A DNA stretch of 63,833 nt, counting the filler, from Welwitschia mirabilis (Eukaryota): assembly GCA_051453625.1 (NCBI GenBank). It is 4 parts of one record of this genome, joined end to end, with 100 filler letters (N's around TTAATTAATTAA, not from the genome) between each part and the next. Parts side by side here need not be neighbours in the genome. Positions count along the whole stretch, not along the records: positions 21,600 to 47,355 come from JBOZIK010000001.1; positions 47,456 to 61,333 come from JBOZIK010000001.1; 2 more parts are not named here. One strand, 5' to 3'. Shown in pieces: positions 40,277 through 53,100 of the stretch (within the stretch, counting starts at the first letter, position 1; each line of letters begins with the position of its first letter). The notes below the pieces were generated by a model. The model saw nothing but the letters and a program-made list of their open reading frames with translations, searched no databases and was not told the DNA's origin. A program made the translations under genes and the position numbers.

Positions 40277-40294
40277 TAGCATCATTATTGGAGA
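40277..40294 (+). promoter_or_regulatory. Decayed tRNA-Asp PBS (TAGCATCATTATTGGAGA)
   Basis: Transition-only derivative of TGGCGCCGTTGCCGGGGA. Confidence 0.8.
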
Positions 40295-40739
40295 AGCCTG
40301 CTTGGAGTTTGAGGATTATTATTACTGAGGTAAGTGTTTGGATTTTACTCTAGATATTTACCTATAGTAGCATTGTATGTTTATAGTAGTAGCGTAGTTT
40401 TTCTTTTTCATACTTTTTGTTTTTGTGTTCTAAAATAAATGCCCTCCAGATGATGCACCATGAAGATGGCCCATGTGCCTTGAGTTTTTTTCTTTTTTAA
40501 AAATTAGATTTTTTCTATCATTCCTTCTATCATCCAGATGACTCAGGCAAACAACAGTCTATTTTCAGTGTTTTTAGTATCTGTTATTTTATGTTTATGT
40601 TTTTTTGCATTTTTTTATTTTCAGTTTACTATTTATTCTATTATTCAAGGGTATCATTTAGATGACCATATGGATGATGTACACTGAATATAAACTAAGC
40701 ATGCTAGGATGTGATAAATTCTAGTAAGAAAACAAAATA

Positions 40740-43700
40740 TCAGAGAGAGAGCAGTTGTTCATTAAAGAAAAATCTGAGAAGGTTTGATTAACTTTGAACT
40801 TAACTTAGATACACATACCATAGGCATGAAAAGTATTTTAAAAATTTCAAAAAAATAAATTTTTACATTTATTGTTTCAGAATCTAATGTTGCAAAAGAA
40901 ATTTTTTTAGAAGATAGTTTAGAAGACAATTTAGAAGAAAACTATTTTATCAATATGTTTAGTTCATCACAAAAATAAAAGTAGATCGCTTCACCTAATC
41001 CTTATCTTATTATTGAAACCTCTATAACTATCCTCGTAAATCCTAATGCTAATATCACCCTTAGAGAGCTTATTGCTAATGAAAAACATGAAATCAAAAC
41101 CTCTTTTGATTTACCTCTAGGTGATAATGTTCAACTAAGAAATTTAAACGCTTACTTCATTTTAATAGAGAAAACAATAAAGATTCTTTACAAGATATTG
41201 TCAACATCAAATAGTTAGTACTTACTTTTGGAAATGGTAAGAAAAGAATTAGTGATCATACTTGTATGGTAATTTTTCCCATCACTTTAAAAGGAAAAGC
41301 TAAACTATGATTGAGAACTATTCTCCATAAAAGTTTAAAAACATGGAATCAAGTTCAGAAAGCATTTATAAAGAAAGTTATAAGTAAAATAACCATAAGA
41401 AAAATAAAGAAAGAAGTGACTAACTTCCAAGAATATCCTAACTAAGATTATGCCTCCACATATGAGTGATTTTTTATTGCTTTACATTCTAATCCAATAG
41501 ATTCTTTTTCTCAAGAAGAATTAGTAGATTACTTTTATAATATATTTAATAGTAAAATAAATTAACTTGTTCGTTTTTCATGTGGAGTAAACTTGATGAA
41601 CCTTACATTATAAAATGCATGTAGAGCATTAGATGAGTTAGTAGAAGTGAGGCAAACTTAACCTAAACCCTCATCTCAAGAAAATTGTATACTAGACCAA
41701 ATTATTAAAGATCTTAAGGAGGTTAATCAAGAGAAGAAGGAAGTAAAAACTAAGAAAGAACTAATTAATGTCATTAAGGATTTCACTATAACATTAAAAA
41801 AATATGCACAAATCATATTAGATGCAAAGTTGGTAATAGAAAACGGTGTGGTTGTAGTTCTAACTTGTGATTTATGTGAAGATAACTATCATGGGATAAA
41901 AGATTATCCTCTACTATCAACCTATAAAGAAAATATTTATAAAGAGATGTGTACTTTTAATCAAAGATCTTTAAACTTTTAAAATCAAAATCAAAATCAA
42001 AATCAAAATAAAAAACAAAATAAAGACAATGTTCAACCTAGGATGAATGGACAATCAAATTTTCATTCTTTTAAAAATAAACTTAGAAACTTTTAAGAAA
42101 ATCATCCTAATTTCCAACCATTTAGAAAAAGATTTAAAAATGCAAATTTCCAATTAAACAACTCTAATAATCAAGCAAGCACTTCTAAATTACAAAATCA
42201 AATTGACTTACTTAGAAATTCTATTGATAAGTTAAGAAAAACCTAAGAGAAAACAAATTGTAACATTGAAAATCTTGTTAGTGTTTTACAACAAACTGTG
42301 CTTGCTAATCAAAAATCATGAGGGTTACTTGCAACACAACCTCTACCAAATCCTAATATAGTTAAGAAAAATTATAAGTTTGTGATAAAAAGTGAAAATG
42401 ATATAACACTTACCTATGAGGCTTCAACATCTCAAAATGATCAAAATGATAAGGAAGAAGAAGATATTGAAATTTTAGAAAACCATTTCTTCCCTTCTCC
42501 TTTCACTTATAAAAAAAAAAAAATCTTCTCAAGAAAAAGGTAAGAAACTTGCTACCCCTTGGCTTGATAGATTGAATATTAATCTTACATTTGATAACCA
42601 TCTTAAAGCCCTAATACAAAATGCATGCATAAATTTACTATTTTGAAGACTTTTACAAAAGAGTCCTAAATATTCTAAGTTTGGAAAGATTTGATTAGGA
42701 AGAAACAAAAACAAACTATACCTAGTAAATTCTTCCTATCCCAATCCATAACCAAATTTGTCTTAAAGAAATGTCCAAAGCTTAAAGATCCAAGAATAAC
42801 AATAGTTTGTATTACTTTAGAAGAAAACAAAAGAATAATGAAAGACTTGATTGATATAGGAACAAGTGTCAACATTATGACCTTACATATTTATCAATGA
42901 CTTGGGTTGAAAAGTAGAATTAAGCCTATAAGGATTTTCTTAGAACTAGCAGATACATTAGTTAAGAAATCTTTAGGCATGATTAAAGACTTAGTGATTC
43001 AAATTGAAAAAGCATTCTATCTTATAGATGTAGTTGTGATTAAAGTTAAGCATAATGATGGTTATCCATTACTTCTAGGTAGAGCTTTTTATGTAATATC
43101 CTATTGCATTATAGATATTAGAATAATACTGATGAAATATTACTTAGGGAATAAGAAGTCCATAGTAAGAGTATTTTATGTTACTAAAAAATATTTAGGC
43201 GATGAATTGAGTGTTAAAGAAGAAATTAAATTAAGGTTATTCTTATAATATTATCCACTTAAAGAAAGGTGATCAATGCTTTATGAGCTTTTTTTTTTGA
43301 TAATCCACTTGAAGTAGACAACTTGAAAGATTTTGATGATGATCAACTTGATTTTATGCAATTAGAAACTAATTATTTTGATTAAAATAGAAGAAAAATT
43401 AAAACTATCAACTATGCAAAAGTCTAAGATCTAATCAAAATGGATATTTTCTATTTTAAGGATGGTCATCCACTACTAACATCTGGATGACAGTTTGAGA
43501 CGATAGTCAATTTTTATGAAAATTTAACAAAAAATAAAAATTTAAACTTAAATCTAAAACGTTTACCTAGTGGACTAAAATATATATTTTTGTGTAATAA
43601 TGAAAACAAACCTTTAATAATAAATAAGAATCTATTTCCTCAACAAGAGTTAATCTTAATCTTACTTTTAAAATCTAAGGCTAATGTGTTTGCTTGGCAT

Positions 43701-46260
43701 TACAAAGATTTAACAGCTATTCCTACCTCTATTATTCAACATAAAATCTATTTTGAAGATAATGCAAAACCTGTTAGGAAACCCCAACATACACTAAATT
43801 TAACTCTTAAATAAATTATAAAAGATAAAATAATTAAGTTAATGGATGCTACAATTATTTATGCTATAGCTGATAGTGAGTAGGTTAGCCCTTTGATGGT
43901 AGTATGTAAGAGAGATGAGAAAGGAAGGATGTGTATTGATTTTAAAAAATTAAATAAAGTAACCTAAAAATATCATTATCCTTTATCTTTTCTCAATCAG
44001 ATATTTGATAGAATTCAAGGACATACTTTTTATTATTTTCTTGATGCGTATAGTAGTTACAATCAGGTTTGCATTACTAGTGAGGATTAGGCTAAACCTA
44101 CTTTCACTTCATCATTTAAAACTTTTTCTTTTAGATGCATGCCTTCTAGACTTTACAATGCTCCTGGTACTTTTTAACATGCAATGATGGGTATTTTTTT
44201 AATATGTTAGAGGATTAAATAGAAATTTTTATGGATGACTTCTTTATCTATGATGAAAGATTTGAACAAATCTCATAAAGATTAGAAAAAGTCTTAGATA
44301 GATGTATTACTAGTGGCCTACATTTGAGTTGGGAAAAATGTTTCTTTTTAGTTAATAGTGGAATTGTCTTAGGTCACCATATTTCTAATAAAGAAATTAG
44401 GATGAACCTTGAAAAGATTAGAATCATTAAAAACCTAAATCTTTTAATCAATGTAAAACAAGTTTAATCCTTCCTTAGTCATTATGGTTTTTATCATTGG
44501 TTTATTTAAGATTACGCAAAAATTTATAAACCACTTCACTCATTACTAGAAAAAAAAGTTAAATTTGATTAGAATGAATTTTATCAGCTTGCTTTTGATA
44601 TACTTAGATCTCTTCCACTTCTTTTGTAATGAGACCTAATTAGAATAAATATTTTGAATTAATGTGTGATGCTAGTAATATTGCTATGAATGGGGTGCTT
44701 GATCAAAAATATAAAAATGATTTTAAGGTTATATCTTATTATAGTAAAACTCTATCAAAAGCTCAAATGAATTATACTGCTAACAAAAAAGAAATATTAG
44801 AAATTATCTTTTACCTTGATATGCTTAGACATTATCTTTTAGACTTTCATACAAATATTTATACTAACCATGTAATAATTCGATACCTTGTGACTAAGAA
44901 AGATTCGAGTGCTAGACTGATTCGGTGAATCCTCCTTATGCAATAATTTAATTTAACCATCATTGATAAATTAGGAAAGCATAATAGTATAGCTGATTAT
45001 TTATCACATCTTTCTTCCTCTCTTAATAATCTTATAATGATGATTTGTTTCTATATGAATAATTTTTCGCTATATCTTCTACTCATCCTTCTCCTTCATA
45101 TGTTGATATTGTTAATTATCTTGTTATTATGAAAACACCACAACTTTAAATTTATAATCAATAAAATTATTTTTTTCATAGAATACATGATTATAAATGG
45201 ATAGAGTCACATCTTTATCATAAATGTGTGCCTGTTGGAAAAAATCTAATATCCTTCATCTTTATCATGGTGATGTTTGTGGAGGTTATTTTCATGATAG
45301 AAAATAGCTATGAAAATTCTTCACTTTAGTTTTTATTAGCCTAGTCTTTTTTAGAATTCTTTCAATTTTACTAGAAGATGTAATACTTATTAGCATTATA
45401 TTAGCATTATTTGTGCTTAAGAAATGCTCCTTAAACCTATTCTTGAATTTGAATCTTTTGATTATCGAGAAATTAATTTTATAGGCCCTATTTACCCACT
45501 TTATAATGATAACAATTACATTTTAGTAACTATAAGTTACATTACTAAATGAGTTGAAGTTATTCCTACTTCTATGAATGATGCCCAAACTATTTATACT
45601 TTTCTTAAAACTCATATTTTTCAACATTTTAGTTTTCATAGAATTATCGTTAGTGATCAAAGAACTCATTTTATAAATTAAATTTTTAGAAAACTTCTTT
45701 TATCTATTGGAATATAACATATAGGAGCTTATGCTTATCATCCATAAATCAATGGTCAAGCTGAAAATGCAAACAGAGAAATTAAAAAAATGCTATAAAA
45801 AATTGTCTTTGTTAATGCGAAATCTTAGGCTTCTAAGATTAACAATGTTTTTTAGGCTTACCATACTAGTTAGCATAATTTTCTTAGTTTTTTCACCTTA
45901 TGAACTTGCATACTGAAAAGTTTGTGTTTTACCTATTGATGTGTATTATAACTCTTATCATTCTTCTCATCAACTTAATCTTGTAGATCTTTATGAGAAT
46001 CTTAAACATAGGTTAGCCTGACTTAATCACTTTGATAAAAAACATACTCATGCTATACATCATCAATTAGTTCACAAATCCCAAGCTAAATTCAAACATG
46101 ATAGAAATCTACTCCATAAAATATTTGAACCTAGTCAATGTGGCCTTTTATATAATATAGAGTACATCTTTGAAATAACAAGTTAATCTCTAAATGGTTA
46201 GGTCTTTATCTCATAGAGAAAGTGCATTCTAATGGCTTTATTGAGATTTTATTTAATAAG
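40740..46260 (+). pseudogene. gag-pol pseudogene (gag, aspartic protease, RT, RNase H, integrase)
   Basis: LIDIGTSVN and LLLGRAF (42691-43248), IQHKIYFEDNAKPVRKPQ (43590-43814), FLDAYSSYNQ (about 44040), FMDDF (about 44228), MCDASN..YTAN..E (44662-44928), YHP*INGQAENANRE (about 45735). Confidence 0.95.
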
Positions 46261-47355
46261 GAGGACTTCCACCCTATTCTTGTCTAAATTATTTCTTAGC
46301 TTATTCCTTTGGTGGATGTTATGATGTCACTTGATCATCTTTTAAACTTGACTTATGTGTTGCTTTATAAAGTTTTCATGACTAGTAGTCATAATTAGGC
46401 ATTTTATAATGATAAGATTAGATTCACCCAATCTTAAGACATTACTATATCTATGAACTTTACTTTGAAGGAAGGTGCCTTACTTTTTGTACTTTTTTCC
46501 CTAATGGTATGAGGTCTTTGGTTGTTTAGGTGCATTCTTTTCTATCTTTTATGTCACTTATTCACCTTCATTTTTTGAGTGTATGATCATGTGGAAATTA
46601 TTTGGGGAAAAAAAGAAATAGAAAATAATGACCTTAATCTATTGTATTTATACCTAAAGAAATACATGATTACAATAATGTCCTATTACAATAGGGTAAT
46701 TTTTTTTCAAAAGGAACCTTCGATAGTGTACTCCACTAGGGGGTTAGTTAGCTATGCTTCATGGGTTCTTACTTCTTTAACTGTGGTTGCACTTCTCTCA
46801 TCATAAAAAAGTTGTAATAGACTTTAAGATTATGGGATCAATGGTGTTCTTGGTATCATCATAGGAATTGCTTATTTTCTAGACTCCTAGTATTCCTATA
46901 AGATTATTTTACTTTTGAGGATTTAAGTGTGTCTTGGGATGTGAGCAAGTGAGCTCATTTTTGAGCAACTTTTGATCTTATTATTCATTATTTTAATAAC
47001 CTGGTCTTTGGTATCATCATAATCATTGCCTTTTTAAGTGGAACATTATGAAGTGAATACATTTTGTCATACATTTTTATTCAAGTGGCTTTACTCTTTT
47101 TTCTCATTTTTCTTCATTTCTCTGTCATTTTTGTCCATTTCTTCGAGAGACCATCATTCTTGCTATTATGCTTAAACTGGTCTTAGTGAAATTCACTTAC
47201 TAGATTTTTAGATTTTTGTGATTTTTAAAAATGAGGTATGTTTTTCTCTTCCTTGTTTTTTAAATTTTTTCTCCCATTTCTTAGACTTTCAACAGTTTTC
47301 ATGTATGTTATTTAGTTTTTTGTGCTCTTCGATTAGGAACTTATGGATCTGATTT

Positions 47356-47455
47356 NNNNNNNNNNNNNNNNNNNNNNNNNNNNNNNNNNNNNNNNNNNNT
47401 TAATTAATTAANNNNNNNNNNNNNNNNNNNNNNNNNNNNNNNNNNNNNNNNNNNN
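47356..47455. other. Artificial scaffold linker
   Basis: N44-TTAATTAATTAA-N44. Confidence 0.97.
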
Positions 47456-48160
47456 TTTTAAAAATAATGGAATAAATGAAGAAGATGATGTATAAATTTT
47501 GGATTCATCCAACTTTCCATCAACATCACCTACTAAGAACTCTATTAAAAACTCTTCACAAGAAAATAAAGGGAAAAAACCATTCACTTCTTGGTTTGAT
47601 TGATTAAATACAAATCCTACCTTTGATGAACACTTGAAAACTTTAATGTAAGAAGTATACATAAACTTGTCTTTTTAGAATTTTTTATAAGAAAATCCTA
47701 AATATTGTAAGTTGTGGAAGAACATAGTAAGAAGAAAACAAAAATGTATCATTCCTAGTAAAGTTTTTCTTGCTTAATCTCTTTCCAACTTAGTCATGAA
47801 AAAGTATCCTAAATTCAAAGACCTTGGAGCTGTGACTGTGAGTATTACCTTAGAAGAAAACAAAAAAATTCAAAAAGCTTTNNNNNNNNNNNNNNNNNNN
47901 NNNNNNNNNNNNNNNNNNNNNNNNNNNNNNNNNNNNNNNNNNNNNNNNNNNNNNNNNNNNNNNNNNNNNNNNNNNNNNNNNGGACATGGAGAAATAATCA
48001 AACCAAATACTACCCATCATATTAGAAAGGCCATTCTTAACAAACTTCAATGCCTTGATCAATGACAAGAATGGATTAATGAAACTTTCATTTAGCAACA
48101 TAACCATAGATCTAAAAATCTTTAATGCTATTAAGTTACCATCAAATGATAAAGGGTAGA
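47456..48160 (+). pseudogene. Athila-like gag-end/protease fragment, interrupted by the next element
   Basis: Homologous to 51695-52450; KKYPKFKDLGAVTVSI..IILGRPFL-like. Confidence 0.85.
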
Positions 48161-48216
48161 GTACGTAGATAGGATAGAAATCCTTGTTGAGGATTAGAAA
48201 TCCACTTCTCATTATC

Positions 48217-49560
48217 TGTTGTAAAGCCAAATTGTGGAAATTTGATAGTGTATTTTAAGTACTTTTGAAGGACATTTAAATAGGTTTTGATTTAATACTG
48301 ATGACTATGAAGATCTGATAGGATGAATAATAAAACTTGTGATACTTGACATTTTTGGCAATTTCTTAGGCATATTCTAACACTGCAAATGTGGACAAAT
48401 GACTTTATAATGCAAAAGAATGACTTACCTTTGAGATTAGAGAAAATAAAGATTATTGTCCCCTGTGTCATCCCCACAACAGGTAGGACAATGATACTAT
48501 TGTCATGGACAAAGGCTACAGGGCTGACAGTAGTACATGAAGCACATGAAGATATGTGACACATAGCATTGTTCCATATGTCATCTCCATAACATGCAGG
48601 ATGATGACACTGCTAATATGAATAGAGGCTATAGGGCTGACAGCAGCACATGGAGTACATGGAGGCATTTGGTACATGGTTACATCCCCTATGTCATCCT
48701 AATGACCAATAGGATGATAGGTGTTTTTGCATGTTTAGAAGAAATATCTTTGTAAATGGGATCAAGTAACGCATGTGGGTTGTTAGAGTTTTTGTTTCTA
48801 ACCTTTAGGATTTTGGTTTTAGAACATCAAATAAAAACCTATAAATATCCTTCTCCTCCTTTATTTCTATCTCCATCTTTTATACCCAATACTTGTGATG
48901 GAGGATTGAAGGACAAGAAGTCCATCCTGAGCTATAGAAATAAGTCTTCTTGATGTTAGACTAAGTCTCTTCCATTGAGATGCTTTTATTCTATTGTAAG
49001 TGAATGTTATGTTTTGAATACTTTTTGAATTAATACAATTTCTCTTCATTTCAATTCTATGAATGTCCCTTGTAATTTAAATTGATCATAGTTATTTGTG
49101 ACAACTCTGTAATTTATCTAGATCATAAGAGAAACCTTTGTTAAGGTTGAGCTTGGTTAGTAGTTAGATTTACATTTCTTTTATAATTTATTTCATATTT
49201 CATTTCTTATATTACTTGAATATATTTCATAGTTTATGTTGATTAATAAATAGTGGATACTCCTTTTAATTATGATAGAAGGACTAGGATCTAAGTAGAA
49301 TATATTTCCATTTCCATTTGCTGCATTTTATATTTATTCATCTTGCATTGCATTTACTTATTTACTTCCTCCTTTTTTTATAAGATAAAAGATTAAAAAT
49401 ACCTTTGGAAATCAGTTCTCTAACTCTAACCCTAGTTCCTTTGTTGGATTATAACATTCGGGTCAACTCTTATCTATACTAGAATGTGTTCTTCTATAAA
49501 TTATTTGATTTACAGGTTTACCTAAAGAGCTTCAGGATTACATAAATTCACATCACAACA
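48217..49560 (+). repeat. 5' LTR (TGTTGT...ACAACA)
   Basis: Terminal inverted repeat TGTTGT/ACAACA; CCTATAAATA at 48838; homologous to 58909-59517. Confidence 0.9.
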
Positions 49561-49563
49561 TTT

Positions 49564-49581
49564 TAGTGTCATTGTTGGGAA
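49564..49581 (+). promoter_or_regulatory. Decayed tRNA-Asp PBS (TAGTGTCATTGTTGGGAA)
   Basis: Transition-only derivative of TGGCGCCGTTGCCGGGGA, 3 nt after the LTR. Confidence 0.85.
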
Positions 49582-50168
49582 AGGTGACAAGAAGTTAAGA
49601 AGGATTGTCATTAATCAGATAAGTACTTTGAATCTATTATTTAGGTTATTTATTTACATTAATTCTATATTTGTAATGTAGTTTAAAGTAGATTTATTTT
49701 TACATCACTTTATTTTCTATAATTTTTCTTAGGGACCTTGTCATTTTTTGTATCATCTGAATCACATCGAGCATGATAGTTTAAAATTTTAAAATTAGTT
49801 TCTATTTTTTACAATTTTTCTTTGTTTTTTTCATAATAAACAGTTGTTTTGTCTATTGTTCCATGATAAGAAGGATGATAGTCCTAAAATTTTTCGTATT
49901 TTCAAAATTTACTTTTTTACAAACTAAATGACCTATCATTTTTCCTATTGTTCTCATAATAGTTTGGATGATAGTCTAGTTTTCTTCAGTTAGAATTTTT
50001 GTAGTTTTAGATTTTTATTATTATGACCATTATCCTTCTTGTCATCCTTATAATGAAGCAAACAATGGTCTGCTATTTTTTATTTTGGCTTTTTATTAGT
50101 TGTTTAAGCATGTAAAAATATGGTGAATTGTAGTAAGAAGACAAAATATCAAAGATAACAAAACTTGA

Positions 50169-53100
50169 TTGAAGAAAAAAATTAGAGAAGGATTTTTCAA
50201 CTTCAAGCTAAATTCAGGTATGCATACCCAGGTACGCAAATTTCTAAAAATGAATAAGAAGATTTTTTTTATTTTAATTATTTTAGAATTAGATTTTACA
50301 AAACAAAATTATAGTGTAGAAGTCGATCATCTTTTTTCTTCAAATATGTCGAACATATCAGAAGTATTACAAAAAAGAAAAAAACAAGTTATTTCATCTA
50401 ATATCCCAATTATAATAAGAACTTCTTACTTAAATGCAAACATTACTCTTAGGGATTTAATTGCTAATAGAAAATGTGGAATTCAAGATACTTTTGATTT
50501 ACCTCTTGGAGATGATGTAGAATTAAGAAATTTAAGTGCTTGTCCATCTTTTTTGAGGGAACCAGAGGAAGATCCTTTTCAACATTTAGTTGACATTAAA
50601 CAACTTGTGCTTACCTCAAGAAATGGGAAAAACATATTAGTAACCAAAATTACATGATTATTTTTCTAGTCATCCTTAGAGAAAGAGAAAAAGTTTGGCT
50701 CAATACTATTCCACATAAAAGCCTTAAATCTTGGAGTTAAGTGTAAGAAGTCTTTATTAAAAGATTTCTGAGTAAGAGTTCCATGAGGAAGAAAAGAAAA
50801 AAAGTAACCAACTTTTAATAACAAACTCATGAGGATTATGTAATAGCTTATGAATGTTTTATAGTTGCTAGCAATTTCAACTCTATTGATGAATTTAGTA
50901 GAGATGAGTAAGTAGATTATTTTTATAGTGGGTTAAATGGTTCAATAAAACAACTTGTATATTTTTCTTGTGGAGGTAACTTTTTAAATTTAGGGCTAGT
51001 TGATGCATGGCGTGTGCTAGAGAATTTGGTAGAAATAAGTTAAACTTTGTCTAAACCCACTAAAGAAAATCATTCTATAGGATAAATTCAAAAAGATCTA
51101 AAAGAAGTGAATCATGATAAGGAAGAAAAAAGGGAGGACTCAACCAACTTAATGAAAGATTTTAATACTACTTTAGATAAGTATACACAAATGATAATTG
51201 ATGCAAAAGTAGTAAAGAATGAAATATTAACCTCAAATTGTGAAATTTGTGAAGATGACTCTTATCCAATAAAATAATGCCCTTTGTTACCAACTTGTAA
51301 GGAAATGATGTTTACGGAAGTTTGTGCCTTAAATCAAAGAACGCCTAATGTCAAAAAACAACTATAATTTTAACAAATATTGAGTGGGCAATTTCAATGA
51401 AAACCATTTGAAAGTAGATTAAGAAATTATAATTTTAACCTAATTTTCAATAAAACTCGATTAATCCACTTAGAGAATCCATAGAAGAGATCAGAAAACT
51501 GTAAGATAAAACTATTATTAATATTAAAAACTTATTAAATTTACTTCAAAAAATACTGATTGCCATGCAGAGAGCACAAGGGTCTCTTACATCTTAATCA
51601 TTTGTCCAACCCAAATGAAGTTAGGAGAGATTTAAAAATATTAACTAAAAGTGAAAATGATACAACACATCCTACCCATGAGGTTTTAACTTCTAAAAAT
51701 AATGAAATGAATGAGGAATATGATGTAGAAGTTTTAGACTCATACAACCTTCCATCAATTTCACCTACTAAAACTTCCACTAAAAATACTTCACAAGAAA
51801 ATAAAGGAAAGAAACCATCCACTTCTTAGCATGATCAATTAAATACACATCCTATCTTTGATGAACATTTGAAAGCTTTGATGTAAGAAGTTAACATCAA
51901 CTTATCCTTTTGGAAACTCTTACAAAAAAATCATAAATATTCTAAGTTATGGAGGGATTTAGAAAGAAGAAAGCAAAAACATATCATTCCTAGTAAAGTT
52001 TTTCTTACTTAATCTCTTTTCAACTTAGTCATGCAAAAATGTCCTAAATTTAAAGACCTTAAGGCTACAACTATAATTGTTATTTTAGAAGGAAATAAAA
52101 GAATTTAAATAGCTTTAATTAACATAGGAGCAAGCATAAATATTATACCTCTCCATATATGTAAGAAGATTACATTAGAAAATAGAATATAACCTACACT
52201 AATCATCTTGGAATTAGCTGATACCTTAATTAAGAAATCATTATAAATTATCAGAGACTAGTTATTCAAATTGAGGAAGCTTTTTATCCCATAGATGTTG
52301 TTATAATTAATAGAGAACATGATGGAGAATATCCACTTCTTTTAGAAAGAGCTTTTTGTGCAACTGTCCATGTATCATCGATACACAATTAGGGATGATG
52401 AGATACCATTTCAACAATAGATAAATTACCATTAGAGTTTTTAATGCTATTGAAAAGGAAACAGGAATTGAGTTTAACTTTGAGGATGAATTGAAACCAA
52501 CCTTGTTTTTACAAGATTGACCAATTAAAGAGAGATTAATCATGCTACATAAACCAACTGTGTACAATAACCCCACTAAAACACACTGTCTTGAGTCTGA
52601 GAATGAAGAACATACTAATTAGGATAAAATCAACATTTTATTCTATAGAAAAACTTTTTATAGAGTGTTATCCCACATCTATCATTCCAACAACAAATGG
52701 AACAATAGCTCAAAATATTAGCCTTGAACTTAAGAAATTATCCTAAGTTCTAAAATATATTTTCTCTCTGAAAATCAAATAGAACCCCTGATAATAAGTT
52801 ACCTTCTCTTTCCTCAACAAGAATCAAACTTGTTTTCACTTTTAATTTCAAAAGAAAATGCCTTTGCTTAGATACATAAAGATGTAGCTGCCATTCCTTA
52901 TTTTATTGTTTAACATAAGATTTACCTTGAGGATAATACTAAACCTATTAGGTAGCCTCAAAGAAGACTCAATTCAACCCTTAAACAAATAATTAAAGAT
53001 GAAATCATTAAAATCATAAATGATGAAATCATATATGCCATATCCAATATTGAGTGGGTTAGTCCTTTAACAGTAATTCCAAGAAAGGGAAAAATGGAGA

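Larger units (their letters stand above)
39050..47355 (+). mobile_element. Athila-like Ty3/gypsy element, 5' LTR through post-pol region; truncated by scaffold end
   Basis: LTR ends CACTACAACA at 40273; PBS at 40277-40294; gag-pol follows. Confidence 0.92.

Noticed and set aside
41980-42022. (AAAATC)n repeat
   Set aside because: Encodes the low-complexity N/Q linker of gag; unremarkable.
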